Assembly (NCBI RefSeq): GCF_964194155.1
Contig: NC_135902.1
Coordinates: 53,382,001-53,446,000 of the forward strand
Direction of reading: 5' to 3'
Length of the DNA stretch: 64,000 nt
Source of the DNA: Cetorhinus maximus
Taxonomy: Eukaryota
The translations under genes and the position numbers were made by a program. Positions 38,580 through 51,273 of the stretch are shown here, one piece after another. A model generated the notes under the pieces. The model worked only from the letters and a program-made list of their open reading frames with translations, was not told the origin of the DNA and searched no databases. The stretch's first letter is position 1. The number at the start of each line of letters is the position of its first letter.

Positions 38580-41475
38580 AACATAAAACTGGGGAACTGG
38601 AGGCAATAATCCATAGCAACATATCAGGTAGTAGGAACAATTGAGATATGACTACATAAAGAACAAGGCTAGCAACTAAATATTGCAGGTTATGACATAA
38701 CAGGAAAGGATAGGAAAAGAATAAGGAATGTGGTAGCTCTACTAATTGAAGCTAACATAATGGCAATGGAAAAAGGACATGACTGATAGTGGGCTATAAA
38801 CAGGATCTATGTGAATTAAAATATAAGATAAAATGGGATCAATTACACTAATAGGAATATACTATAGAGCACCTCAGAGTGAAAAGGAAATGGAATAAGA
38901 AATTTGGAAGCAAAGATGTGAAAATAATAATCATAGGAGATTTTAACTACTCCCAAATGCATTTAAGGGGAGGCTGGATAAGCATATGAGTGAGAAGGGA
39001 ATAGGAGGCTATGTTGATGAGCTTAGATAGGGAAGGATGGTGTGCTGTACACTCTGTATAATTCTATGTAAAAAAAATAGACAAGAAGAGACAACAAAAG
39101 GGACATGAGAAATGGTAGTCTTTAACAATGTATGTAGGACTCCTTTCTTACCCAGTATGCAAAAAGCCCAACAAGAGAGGGAGCACTGCTGGATTTGGTG
39201 ATGGGGAATGAACCAGAACAGGTAAGAAAAGTAAGTGTAGGGGAACATGTAGGCAATAGTGATCACTACACCACAAGGTTTAAGATCAGGATTGAGAAAG
39301 ACATAAGTAAAACAAAGACCCGAGTAATTAAACCGGAACAATTATTGGTTTTAAGGGGATGAGAATGGAACTAGGGAAACAAAAATGGAAAAGGTAACTG
39401 ACAAAGAAGCAGTGGGAAGCATTTAAAACAGTGAGCATTAGAGTCCAGGAGAAATATATCCCTAACATCATGGATGAATAAATAAATAAGGGCAAAATTG
39501 AAACTAAAGAAAAAGGCAAGCACTAAGTACATAGACAATAAAGGAAAGGATGACTAAAGGGAATATGAAAAGGTTAGGAATTGAGTCATAAAGAAACCTA
39601 TTAGGAAGCCAAAGAGAAATGATGAAATTAAGGGATGGAAAAAACGGCTGGACTTGTTTTTGCAGAGGTAATGGCCCCAGCCCCTCCAGTTGAAACGTGG
39701 TGGGGGGCAAACCCGCCTCCACTGGGCTGGGAAGCCATGACTGAATTTTACGATTATCAGCTGTTAACTGCCTGAGTTTGTGGCTTCTGTCCCCATCTAG
39801 AAGGATGTTCCACCTCTGAGAGCTGCTGGTGAATTAGCTGGCCTGCAGCTCCTCAATGCAACTGGGAGTGGTAGCCACTGCTGAGAGTGTAACCAGTCCT
39901 TCCCAAGGGACAGCAATGGTGGCTAGACTGAAAGGTAAGTTGGGGTGGCTCCACCAGGGCATGTCAGGCAGTCCCCGTCAAGAGGGATGAGGAGCCATGA
40001 TTAGGAGGCCAGGGAAAGGGAAAAAGCTGAGGTGGCATTTACCTTTGTGGGGGAGCCATAATTGGGCACCGGGTAGACCCCTCAAACCAGCTGCCAGGGT
40101 TTACCTGAAACATATCAGCAGCAGGAGGAGGCCCTTAACTGGTCATTAATTGGCTACTTAAAGGCCTCAAATGGCTGAAGGGTGGGCAAACCAACTGATA
40201 CCTACTCCACCACTGGTAACATTCCAACAGAGGCAGGTAGGCAAATGCATGGCGTCTCCACATCATGCCACCCAATTTTACACCCTCCACCCAGTTGCCA
40301 GCCTACTCCTGAGTGGGCGGGGGGCAAGAAATTCTGGCCAAAGTGCCCTACAGACACACAAAAGCAAAATCAGGATAGGACCACTAAGGAATACACACAA
40401 TAAACTCACAGGCATTGGCAGTGAAATGGCAGAAATATTAAAAAGTTACTTTGCCTTGATATTTACCAGGGAAATTAACATGGTAAACATGACTTTAGAA
40501 GATGAGATCAAAAGGATATAAAAAATTTAAGGCAGAAGGAAAGGAGATGATTGATAAACTGATCAAACTTTGAGAGGATCATATGTCAGATCCAGATAGA
40601 AGTATAGAAAGTTTACGTGTCCGTGCTGACTGAAAACATTTATCCAGCCTAACCCCACTTTCCAGCTATTGGTGCATTGCACTGTAGATTATGGCACTTC
40701 ACATACATATCCAAGTATTTTTTTAAATGTGATGAGGGTTTCTGTCTCCATCATCCTTTCAGGCATGGGTTTCTTTGATACATATTAGTGACGTTATTAC
40801 ATATATATAAAAATCCATTAGAAAGTGAATATTACCAGAGGACTGGCAGACAGTTAATGTGATTCCTATATATAAAAATGGAAATGGAACAAGCCCGTGG
40901 AAATGTAGACCAATTATCTTAATGTCAGTGGCAGATAATGGAATCCTTAATCAAAGATGCAATAGAAAAGCATCTAGAAACTGAAAATATAATAAAACAC
41001 AGCACAGATTCCAGAAGGGAAGGTCATGCTTGGCCAACCTTATTGATAGGATGGAGAAGGTAAGTGCTGTAAAGTACTGCATGGTAGACTCAGGTCAAAA
41101 CATAGAGTCAGAGGATAAGTAGCAGAATGGAAAGAAAGCTGGCTACAAAACAGAAAATAGATAGTAAGAGTTAAAGTAGTGACTCAGATTAGCAAATATT
41201 GGGAGATGGTCTTCCAGAAGGATTTGTGTTGGGACCACTGTTGTATACCGTTTGCATAAACAGTTTGAACTCAGGAACCAGAAGTGCAATTTTAAAATTT
41301 GTGGCTCATCCCAAAATAGGGGTTGTCGTTAATACAGACGAGGTCTGTGGCAAAATATAGGAAGACATTAATAAACTTGCAGAATAGGCATATCATTGGC
41401 AAATGAATTTCAATATATTTAAGTACACGGTAATATATTTTGGTAGGAAGAATAAGGAGGCTTCATACTCTATGG
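38580..41475 (+). mobile_element. Long decayed CR1 ORF2 (APE plus RT), interrupted
   Basis: IGIYYRAP, IIIGDFNYS, 'gtgatcac' (SDH), RIGPLR..MAEILKSYF, GRSCLANL and GFVLGPLL remnants. Confidence 0.8.
39646..40339. mobile_element. GC-rich non-autonomous TIR element inserted in CR1
   Basis: Imperfect TIRs ggctggacttg / aagaaattctggcc; CR1 sequence resumes on both sides; related to 51274-51834. Confidence 0.6.
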
Positions 41476-42299
41476 AAACTAAGGCCTGAATTTTCACACA
41501 GATGGAGACGCTCACCGTATGCACAAAATGCTGACAGAGGCCCAAATCCAGAAATTCCACCCCTGAACCTGGTATCTGCCATTTTCACAGGGAGTAATGG
41601 GGCGGGTTCTAAATCACACCTCCATGGTTCATGGAGGCAGCTGTACATATAAATCATCAGCTGCCTCCACTCGTGATTTTAGTGAGGTAGGTGCCAGAAA
41701 CTTGAACTGTGCAGATTAGACCTGGTAGGAGGAGTTCTGAACCCTATGGATTCATTTGCATAGTGAGGGTACCTTTTTGGAGAGGTATGGGGATAAGCTA
41801 CCTCTTTGGATATGGTCCCGGGGATACCTTTGGGAGAGGTCAAGTCCCATTGGTGGAGGTAAGGTACCCTTTGGGAGAGGTCAGGTACCCCTATACAATT
41901 GTTAAAGTGGACATGAATGCATGTAAAAAGTGCATAGAGCTGTCAAAGAACTGTCATAGTTGTCAAAGAACTGTCAAACCATCGTGCTGTCAAAGAACTG
42001 TCATAATTTATTGTAGCTGTTAAAGCTGCCAAGGGATTTAACTCTGCTGGGCTTTAAATTAAAAAATGTGTGACCTTTAAAAAAATCTGTGCTGGCTATT
42101 TTACCCTCTTTGCTGAGATAAGGCTGAGGGTTATCATTATAGGATTTGTGCTGCATGACTGATTTTACAACCTAATATTATCACAGTGGGGTGCCTGTTA
42201 AGTGAGCAGTTTGATTGACAGTTCCAAGTGTTTATAGAATAGCATTGCTTGTTTTCATAAGAGATTAGTTGAAAGAATTTCAATACTACATTGTTTTTT

Positions 42300-42480
42300 G
42301 TCTGAACTGAACTGGGGAAAATAAAAGGCCTATGTGGATTATGTGGACCCAGAAGCAACTCCTTGCTTCTTGAAAGCAAGCCTTATGCTCTGAGAGAGAA
42401 GGTTGGTGCTGAATTGAACCGGCTAGAGAGGCTGGATGTCTTAAAAGTGGTTCAGTTCTCAGAGTGGGCAGCACCTATAG
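42300..42480 (+). mobile_element. Isolated Gypsy pol fragment
   Basis: Highly similar to 44757-44938 ('cccagaagcaactccttgcttcttgaaag...ggctagagaggctggatgtcttaaaagtggttcagttctcagagt'). Confidence 0.85.
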
Positions 42481-42813
42481 TTTTTTTTATCAATGAGAGC
42501 TTTTTTTAAATAGTGATGCCATCAACTGATAAACAATTTTATTTTATGTCAGCCTGCCTCCTGAGGTCTGCCCATGGTGGATACTAGATGAGCTGACATG
42601 AACAGGGTAAGGGCAAAGGGTGATGCGTGGGGTGCATGGGTTTGCACTAAGTTGGTATATGGGCTAGAGGACCATGGGACACCATAGGTTGGCATGGAGG
42701 GTATGGGGGTCCATGGGTGTTGGGTACAAGGGAATAGATTGGCTAGGATGGTATGGGGGTGCATTGGGTTGGGTGGGGGCATAAGTTGACCTGGGTTGGC
42801 ATGGATGGGGCAT

Positions 42814-42953
42814 AGAGTTCTGTTGAAGGGTCATGAGGACTCGAAATGTCAACTCTTTTCTTCTCCACCGATGCTGCCAGACCTGCTGAGTTTTTCCAGG
42901 TAATTCTGTTTTTGTTTTGGATTTCCAGCATCCGCAGTTTTTTGTTTTTATAT
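42814..42953 (+). mobile_element. 140-bp Penelope terminal insert consisting of hammerhead plus tail
   Basis: Perfect 13-bp TSD atggatggggcat at 42801-42813 and 42954-42966. Confidence 0.92.
42816..42854 (+). ncRNA. Minimal hammerhead ribozyme (subtype B)
   Basis: AGTT-CTGTTGA-A-GGGTC-atgag-GACTC-GAAA-tg-TC-AACT. Confidence 0.7.
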
Positions 42954-43239
42954 ATGGATGGGGCATGGATAGTTAGTGGGGAAGGGGCATGAGGGTTGAA
43001 GGTTTTCTCTAAATTTTCGAGTAGCATTTAAAAAAAAATTTTGACCCAGCAACAGTGAACAAACAGTGATATAGTTCCAAGTTAGGATGGTGTTTAGCTT
43101 GAAGGGGAACTTGAATTTCTCATCTTATGGTCCAATAACGTTAAAATTCAAGCTGAAACTACTTGCTTCATCTTTCTCCTCACGAATACTAAACATACCC
43201 AAAGCTACTCAAGGACATTTATATTGCACAGAATTCCAG

Positions 43240-44044
43240 GAGATAACAAAGTATTTACAGCACAGATACAGGTCATTTGGCCCAACTAGTCCATGCTGGC
43301 ATTTCTGTTCCACAGGAGTCTCGTTTCATCCTTCCTCATATATAACATTTTCTTCTATTTCTCTCTTCCTTATGTTCTTATCCAACTTTCCTTTTCATTT
43401 TTCGGGAGGCAGTGGTATTGTCGCTGGACTGGTATTCCAGAGACTCAGGGTAATGCTCTGGGGACCCAGGTTTGAATCCCACCATGGCAGATGGTGAAAT
43501 TTGAACTCAATAAAAATCTGGAATTAAAAGTCTAATGATGACCATGAAACCATTGTCGATGGTCATAAAAGCCCATTTGGTTCACTAATGCCCTTCAGGG
43601 AAGATTTACCTGGTTTGGCCTACATGTGACTCCAGCAATGTAATTGAATCTTAAATGCCCTCTTACCAAGGGCAGTTAGGGATGGGCAAAAAATGCTGCC
43701 CTAGCCGGTGATGCCCACATCCCATCAAAATTTTTTTTAAAACTACACCTTAAGGTAGTGAATCTCAACATCTAACCAATCACTGGGTAAAGAAATTGCT
43801 ATGAATTCCCTATTGGATTTGTTAGTGGCTCCCTTATATTAGTAGTTCCTAGTTCTGGTCTCTGGAAACATCTTTGCATCAACCCTATCAAACCCTTTCA
43901 TCATCTTAAAGACCTCTATCATGTCACCCCTCAGTCTTCTCTTCTAGAGAAAAAAGTCCAGCCTGTCCAATCTTTCTTGATATGTATAACCCTCAGTTCT
44001 GGTATGATTCTTGTAAAACTTTTTGCACCTTCTCCACTATGTCC
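43240..44044 (-). mobile_element. CR1 3' fragment split by a SINE and by Gypsy (continues at about 49023-49250)
   Basis: 'cttaaagacctctatcatgtcacccctcagtcttctc...ttttgcaccttctcca' is minus-strand CR1 RT C-terminus. Confidence 0.7.
43403..43735 (+). mobile_element. Full-length tRNA-derived SINE
   Basis: A-box 'ggcagtggta', B-box 'ggtttgaatccc', LINE-type tail 'aagggcagttagggatgggcaa...gatgcccacatccc'. Confidence 0.85.
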
Positions 44045-44399
44045 ATTGTTACGACCGGTCCCCGGGAGAGGTCTCCCAATTTGTTATGATTCCAGATGAG
44101 ATACCAGAAATTGTTGTGCTCCCGGGTAAGCACAGCAGCAAATTTGAAAACTAATTATTATCGACGTGGAAACAATCATATTCCCAATGACTGGCGATTT
44201 AAAGGGGTGGAGTGCTATTTTTGTCACAAAAACAGGGCACATATTGAAAAATTGCAAAGTGAGATTAAAACAGGCTTCCAGGCAACAAACAAAGTCAAAT
44301 GAAGCATATAATGTGGAAGAACCAGAAACAACCAATTCTGACAAATATTCCTTATTCAAAATGACATTTGGGAAGACAGAGTCAATTACTATCGCTTTA

Positions 44400-47300
44400 C
44401 AGGTGAATAGGAAACCCTTAAAAATGGAAGCAGATACTGGTGCTTCTTCCACTGTGGTAAGAGAACCACACTTTGAGATATTTAAATAAAGGTGCTCAGC
44501 AATTAAATTTGGAACAGACTTCTGCCAAGTTGAAAACGTACATAGGTGAAGAAACCCAAGAAAGGGGTAATACCAGTGTACCTGTTTATTATAGACACCA
44601 AACAGCACAACTACCAGTGAAGGTGGTAGAAGGTGAAGGACTGAGCCTCCTAGATCGTGATTGGTTGAAAGAGATTAAATTAAACTGGTACGAAATCTTC
44701 CAGTTGCAATTAGGAGGACTGCCAGAGCTGCTACGAAAATTGATACCATCTTCCGGTCTGAAGTGGGGAAAATCAAAGGCCCACGTGGATTATTAGCACC
44801 CAGAAGCAACTCCTTGCTTCTTGAAAGAAAGACTGATGCCTTATGCTCTGAGAGAGAAGGTTGACGCTGAGTTGAACTGGCTAGAGAGGCTGGATGTCTT
44901 AAAAGTGGTTCAGTTCTCAGAGTAGGTAGCACCTATAGTCCCTGTACTAAAACCGGATCAGACCATCCGGATCTGTGGGGGCTATAAGCTTACAATCAAC
45001 AAAGCAGCCAAACTGGACAGGAACCCTATTCCCAAGATTGAAGATCTCTATGCCAAATTAGCAGGAAGGACAGCATATACAAAACTTGATATGAGTCACG
45101 CATATCAGCAACTGGAACTGGATGATGCCTCCAGAGAATTTGTGACCATAAACGCCCACAAAGAGTTATATCAATGCACATGCCTGCCTTTTGGTGTTTC
45201 TTCATCCTGTGCTATTTTCCAGAGGGCAATGGAGAGCTTGCTACAAGGGCTACCTCAAGTTGTGGCCTACCTGGATGATGTACTGATAACTGGATTTACG
45301 GAAATGGAATGCTTGGCTAATCTAGAGGAAGTCCTGAAACGATTTTTAGAAGCGGAAGTGCGCCTAAAGAAGGAAAAATGTACTTTTCAGGCAAATGAAG
45401 TTATTTATTTGGGCCACTGGGCAGATGCCCAAGGGTTATACCCTATTGAAGAGAAAGTTAAAGCCATCAGAGAGGCACCTGCAGCTAAGAACATCTCTGA
45501 ACTTAAATCATTTTTAGGGATGGTAAATTATTATGGCCCATTTCTACCAAATTTATCAGCGGTTCTAGCCCCGCTACATTCACTGCTAAAACGGTACTGT
45601 CTCACAAGATGGACGACGGTACAGAGAGGCTGATAGGCTATGTATGCAGGACACTTACTACAGCCGAGAAAGGATATTCTCAAATTGAAAAAGAAGGAAT
45701 GTCGATTATTCTTGGAGTAAAAAAATTCCACCAATATGTGCATGGGCGACACTTCATGATAGTATCAGACCACAAACCACTTTTGGGTCTGTTTAGCGAG
45801 GAAAAGGCTATCCCTCCCATAGCCTCTGCATGAATTCAAAGATGGGCCCTAATTTAGCGGCATATGAATACACTTTTGTGCATAGTCCAGGAATTCATAT
45901 TGTCAATGCCGATGCCCTAAGTCGCCTTCCTTTGCAAGAGAACAAAGAACATGTCCCAATTCCCCAAGAGATTGTATTAGCAATGAATTTTCTGGATTTC
46001 TCACCAGTCTGTGTCAGGCATATAAGAAACTAGATGAATCATGATCCAGTCCTGTTTCAAGTGAGAGACCAAGTGTTAATTGGATGGTCCCAGGAACCAG
46101 TCCCTGCTGAATTGAAGCCATTTTTCAACCAAAGACACGAAATGAGCTGTCAGGATGGTATCCTATTATGGGGTGCGTGAGTAGTAGTTCCTTGACAAGG
46201 AAGGGGAACCATTCTTAGTAGCGTTACACAGTGCCCACCTGGGAATCTCAAGAATGAAGATGATTGCATGAAGTTATCTTTGGTGGCCGGGAATGGATAG
46301 CGATATTGAGAAGTGTGCAATGCCAGCAGCTACAGAAGTTGCCAGTGGCAGCTCCATTACACCCGTGGGAATTGCCTGGTAGACCCTGGGTGAGATTGCA
46401 CATAAATTACGGTGGCCCTTTTCTTGGAACCATGTTTATATTGATTATAGGTGCTCATTCCAAGTGGTTAGACATATGTGAGGTCAAGTCGCCAATGTCA
46501 GACAGTACTACAGAAAGATAACGCCAAAGCTTTTCTATCCATGGATTCAGATTCACAGAATCACAGAGTGCAGAAGAGGCTCTTCAGCCCATCGAGTCTG
46601 CACCGACACATGAGAAACACCTGACCTACCTACCTAATCCCATTTACCAGCGCTTGGCCCATAGCCTTGAATGTGCTCATCCAGGTACTTGTTAAAGGAT
46701 GTGAGGCAACCCGCCTCCACCACCCTCCCAGGCAGTGCATTCCAGACCGTCACCACCCTCTGGGTAAAAAAGTTTTTCCTCACATCTCCCCTAAACCTCC
46801 TGCCCCTCACCTTGAACTTGTGTCCCCTCGTGACTGACCCTTCAACTAAGGGGAACAGCTGCCCCCTATCCATCCTGTCCATGCCCCTCATAATCTTGTA
46901 CACCTCGATCAGGTTGCCCCTCAGTCTTCTCTGCTCCAATGAAAACAACCCAAGTCTATCCAACCTCTCTTCATAACTTAAATGTTTCATTCCAGGCAAC
47001 ATCCTGGTGAATCTCCTCTGCACCCCCTCCAGTGCAATCACATCCTTCCTATAATGTGGTGACCAGAACTGCACACAGTACTCCAGCTGTGGCCTCACCG
47101 AGGTTCTATACAACTCCAACATGACCTCCCTACTTTTGTAATCTGTGCCTCGATTGATAAAGGCAAGTGTCCCATATGCTTTTTTCACCAACCCACTAAT
47201 ATGCTCCTCCGCCTTCAGAGATGTATGGACACACACACCCCAAGGTCCCTTTGTTCCTCAGAACTTCCTAGTGTCATGCCGTTCATTGAATACTTCCTTG

Positions 47301-48450
47301 TTCAAATTACTCCTTTCAAAGTGCATCACCGCACACTTTTCAGGGTTAAATTCCATCTGCCACTTATCTGCTCATTTGACCATCCCGTCTATACCTTCCT
47401 GTAGCCCAAGATACTCAACCTCTCTATTAACCACCCTGCCAATCTTTGTGTCATCCATAAAATTACTAATCCTACCCCTCACATAATCATCTATGTCGTT
47501 TATATAAATGACGAATAATAGAGGACCCAGCACAGATCCCTGTGGTACGCCACTGGACACTGGCTTCCAGTCACTAAAGCATCCTTCTGTCATCACCCTC
47601 TGTCTCCTACAACTAAGCCAATTTTGAATCCACCTTATCAAATTACCTTGTATCCCATGTGCATTTGCCTTCTTTATAAGTCTCCCATGTGGGACCTTGT
47701 CAAAGGCTTTGCTGAAATCCATATAAACTATATCAACTGTACTACCCTCATCTACACACCTGGTCACCTCCTCAAAAAATTCAATCAAATTTGTTAGGCA
47801 TGACCTCCCTCTGACAAAGCCATGCTGACTATCCCTGATCAAACCTTGCCCATGTGGAGATAGATTCTCTCCTTCAGAATTTTCTCCAATAGTTTCCCTA
47901 CCACTGACGTGAGATGCACTGGTCTGTAGTTCCAGATAGCCAGAAGTAATCGTCTCAGATAATGGTACTGCATTTACTAGCGCTGAATTTCAAAGATTTC
48001 TCAGCCTAAATGGCATCAACCATGTGAAGGCTGCACCATACCATCCGTCATCTAATGGACTGGTGGAAAGAGCAGTACAAACTTTTAAGGCAGGAATGAA
48101 AATATTAATAGTTGAATCTTTGGAAACTAAACTTGCTCATTTCCTACCTCACTACAGAACAACCCCCCACACTACTACAAGTGCAAAACCTGCAGACTTA
48201 CTGATGAGGCATCGTCTTCAAACAAGACTAAGCCTGATACTTCCCAATTTGGAGGGAAAGGTGGAGAAAGGTCAAAGGAACCAAAAAGCGACTCACGATT
48301 TGCATAGTCGTGAGTGAGAATTTACTGTTGGTGAAGCAGTAAATGTAAGGAATTTCAGTGGGGGACCGAAGGTTACCTGGTAAAGTAAGCTCTGTGACCT
48401 AAAAGTGTAGGGCTGGATCATCTGTAAGCATGTGGATCATTTAAGAAGAA
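44400..48450 (+). pseudogene. pol: Gypsy pol pseudogene (multiple stops and frameshifts, CR1 insertion)
   Basis: ORF fragments at 44166, 44473, 45091, 45609, 45830, 46264 and 48024. Confidence 0.9.
46549..47934 (-). mobile_element. Young 5'-truncated CR1 LINE nested in the Gypsy integrase
   Basis: ORFs 47372-47842 (QHGFVRGRSCLTNL, YMDFSKAFDKV, GVPQGSVLGP) and 46634-47236 (LEYCVQFWSP); interrupts integrase FSIHG|PEVIVSDNG. Confidence 0.95.
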
Positions 48451-48790
48451 GGGAGATACCCCAGCAAAATGATGTTGCACCTGTAACCATTGTTGAGCTT
48501 GTAGTTCCTGTTGAGGTTGTGCAACCAAGGATAGACATGCCCGATGTCTCTGTCAGACTGGATGACACTGAACTGCCTATGCCTAATGAGGTGCTTGATG
48601 CTACTGCAGTTTCAGAGACTGTGGTTCCTGCCAAAGATTAGAAAGTCACGGCGCTACAACATCCCACACCGATCAGGAAACCACCTGAAAGACTGAACTT
48701 GTAATTTCATGACCTGTGTAAATATTGTAATGTCATGAGATAAACATCCTTGTAAGTACAAAATGTACAGAAAGGTTAAAGGGGGAGGAA

Positions 48791-49022
48791 TATAGCAATT
48801 ATAGTTTTGATAGACATAGGACTGTAGCTTTAAGAATGATCCTGTATTGTAGGATCACATGACCTGTATAAACCAACCAGTTTTCAGCGCAGGGAACCTC
48901 TAGGAGGGAGTTCTTCTTTAGTGATAGAGTTAGATGCACACATGTAGCTGCTGTTGCTATCTTGTAAATAAAGTTCACTGTTTCCACCAAGAAAAGTTGC
49001 CAGGAAAATCAACTCTCTAACA
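48791..49022 (+). mobile_element. Gypsy 3' LTR, 232 bp
   Basis: Follows the PPT aaaggttaaagggggaggaa; starts TA (probably decayed TG); TATAAA near 48867; AATAAA near 48968; ends TAACA. Confidence 0.8.
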
Positions 49023-49560
49023 ATGTCCTCTTTCTTTCTTCCATTATGGATCACCTTGCACTTATCTCTCTACTGAATTTTATCTGCCACTGCTTTGTAT
49101 TTGCAATTTTACTTTAAGTTCTTCTGTAATTCCTTGGCTGCTTCATAAACCTCAACTGCTCTCTCTAAATAAATTCCATCTGCAAATATGATCAACTTGT
49201 TTCAGTAAATTATCAACACTGCTCCCAAAATTGATCCCTGGGGCACTACACACAATCTATATATGGCACTAATGCATTTTTTATTGGATTTTGGTCTTTA
49301 TTTTCTGCTGAAGCAATTACTGGACAATCCTATCACCCAGACTTGACATGACATAATGCATATGGTTAGTCACTAAGTTTGATCCATCAGAACCACACTG
49401 GTTTATAAAAAATGAGCTAGTTAGAACACATACTGTACAAAGTCTTCTCTGCTTTGCAGTCTTGTTGAGCAGAAAAGGAGCTTGGCAATCTTCAACACTT
49501 AGATCTATATATAGTTTTTGAATGTAGTCAAAAGATGCTGCTGAGAAAGTAATTTATTTA

Positions 49561-50003
49561 AAAGTAAGACTTGTATTTATGTAACACCTTTTACAACCTC
49601 GGGACATCCCAAAGCGCTTTACTGCCAATAAAGTACTTTTTGAAGTGTAGTCTCTGTTCTAGGCACAAGGCAGCCAGTTGGTGCAATTTGAGCATTTTTG
49701 GAAGCTCCAGAGCAATATGATAATGATTGGATAATCTTTTCTTGTGATGTTAATTTAGGAATAAACGATGGCCAGGACACCAGGGATAACTCCCTATCCT
49801 TTGAAATAGCGCCATAGGATCTTTTATGTCTACCTGAGAGGGCAGATAGGGACTCTGTGATATCTCATTTGAAAGATAGCACCTCCAAAGTGCAGCGCTC
49901 CCTCTGTACTGCACTGGTGTGTCAGCCTTGAGTTTTGTGTTCAAGCCCTGGACTGCACTCGTTACTTTCTGATTCAAAGGTGAGAGTGCTACTAACTGAC
50001 TCC
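49561..50003 (-). mobile_element. Near full-length Deu-domain SINE (SacSINE1-like)
   Basis: Minus strand: tRNA head, 'gtgcagtacagagggagcgctgcac', 'taaaagatcctatggcgctatttc', and L2-like tail 'aaagcgctttgggatgtcc...ataaatacaagtc'. Confidence 0.8.
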
Positions 50004-50029
50004 CTAAATTGCTTCGAAGACAGTGAATA

Positions 50030-50700
50030 TTTCTTAACATTGAACATCAGTCAAATATCAGTTAAAGATTTGGAAGATCAAAGCAATCATCATTGGTCTC
50101 TTGCCACATGCTCAGGACCCTGGGTACACACTCCGCACCCTCGCCACACACTCCCCACCCTCGCCACACACTCCCCACCCTCGCCACACACTCCCCACCC
50201 TCGCCACACACTCCCCACCCTCACCACACACTCCCCACCCTCGCCACACACTCCGCACCCTCGCCACACACTCCGAACCCTCGCCACACACTCCCCACCC
50301 TCGCCACACATTCCCCACCCTCGTCACACACTCCCCACCCTCGCCACACACTCCGCACCCTCGCCACACACTCCCCACCCTCGCCACACACTCCCCACCC
50401 TCGCCACACACTCCCCACCCTCGCCACACACTCCGCACCCTCACCACACACTCCACACCCCCGCCACACACTCCCCACCCTCGCCACACACTCCGCACCC
50501 TCACCATACATTCCGCACCCTCACCACACACTCCGCACCCTCACCACACACTCCGCACCCTCACCACACACTCCACACCTTCACTGCTGCTTCTATTCCC
50601 CTAGCCACACATTGCCCCAGGTTGAACCAGACTGCTGATAACTTTGATATTCAATTTGATCCCAAGTTCAGCTTGCAGGCCCATAGCTTCTCCATCAAAT
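50030..50700 (+). mobile_element. L2 ORF2 fragment hosting a minisatellite
   Basis: Flanks translate as FLTLNI and RLNQTADNFDIQFDPKFSLQAH, resembling L2 NFLQLN and VRNLGVIFDxxLSFxxH. Confidence 0.6.
50125..50584 (+). repeat. 20-bp minisatellite, about 23 copies
   Basis: Unit tcgccacacactccccaccc with ctccgcaccc and tcacc variants. Confidence 0.97.
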
Positions 50701-51273
50701 GATAACCAACTCCCACTTGTTTACCATGACCCTGCCTCCTCAGCCCAGCTGCTGCAGAAGCTCTTCATACTTTTTGGCATTATCATCTGTTTTCCAAGAA
50801 GATTTAAATGTTTAAGTTGCAATAAAATGGATCTATTGAATTAAAGAAAGTTCTTCCATTTAGATCGTGTCTTTCATGACCTCAAGAAGTCTCAAAGTGC
50901 TTTATAGCCAATTAACTGCTTTTGAAGTGTAGTCATCCTTGTAATGAATTGGACAAAAGTTACAAAATCTTATTGATTTGTCTTCAGTTGCTCTGTCAAT
51001 TTTTGGAAGAATGCTACATAGAATTAAATAGAATTTTCTGCATGGAAAACAGTCGTTTGGTCCAATTGATATGTGCTGGTGTTTAAGTTCCACAGGAGCC
51101 TCCCCCAAGTCCACATATCTAACTCTGTCAGATATTAATCATAGATTTGATACTTTATTAAAAATCAGTAATCTGGCATTTCATTGTCCGGATTTTTGCT
51201 AATATGGGACTTGAATTACATAATTCTTAATTTTATTTTGACTGTTGATGTTACAGTCATTCCCAGAGACAGA

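Larger units (their letters stand above)
41483..43030. mobile_element. TIR-element remnant (same family as 55000-60556 and 20452-22238)
   Basis: Starts ggcctgaattttca; 42118-42290 is homologous to 55165-55340. Confidence 0.55.
44045..49022 (+). mobile_element. Decayed Ty3/Gypsy LTR retrotransposon lacking the 5' LTR
   Basis: Zn knuckle CYFCHKTGHILKNC (frameshifted), protease DTGAS, RT YLDDVLITG, RNase H YSQIEKE, integrase HHCC and PEVIVSDNG/APYHPSSNGLVER; order PR-RT-RH-IN; PPT at 48771-48790; flanking atgtcc duplication. Confidence 0.93.

Noticed and set aside
43403-43500. tRNA gene candidates (also near 32490-32550 and 53780-53840)
   Set aside because: A/B boxes belong to SINE heads; no complete cloverleaf
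44084-44608. 174-aa minus-strand ORF
   Set aside because: Antisense to Gypsy gag/protease
50125-50584. Possible CRISPR-like array
   Set aside because: Contiguous tandem units with no unique spacers, no cas genes, and a eukaryotic context
49935-50702. Overlapping H/P/T-rich and G/C/V-rich ORFs in many frames
   Set aside because: Artefact of a stop-free 20-bp minisatellite
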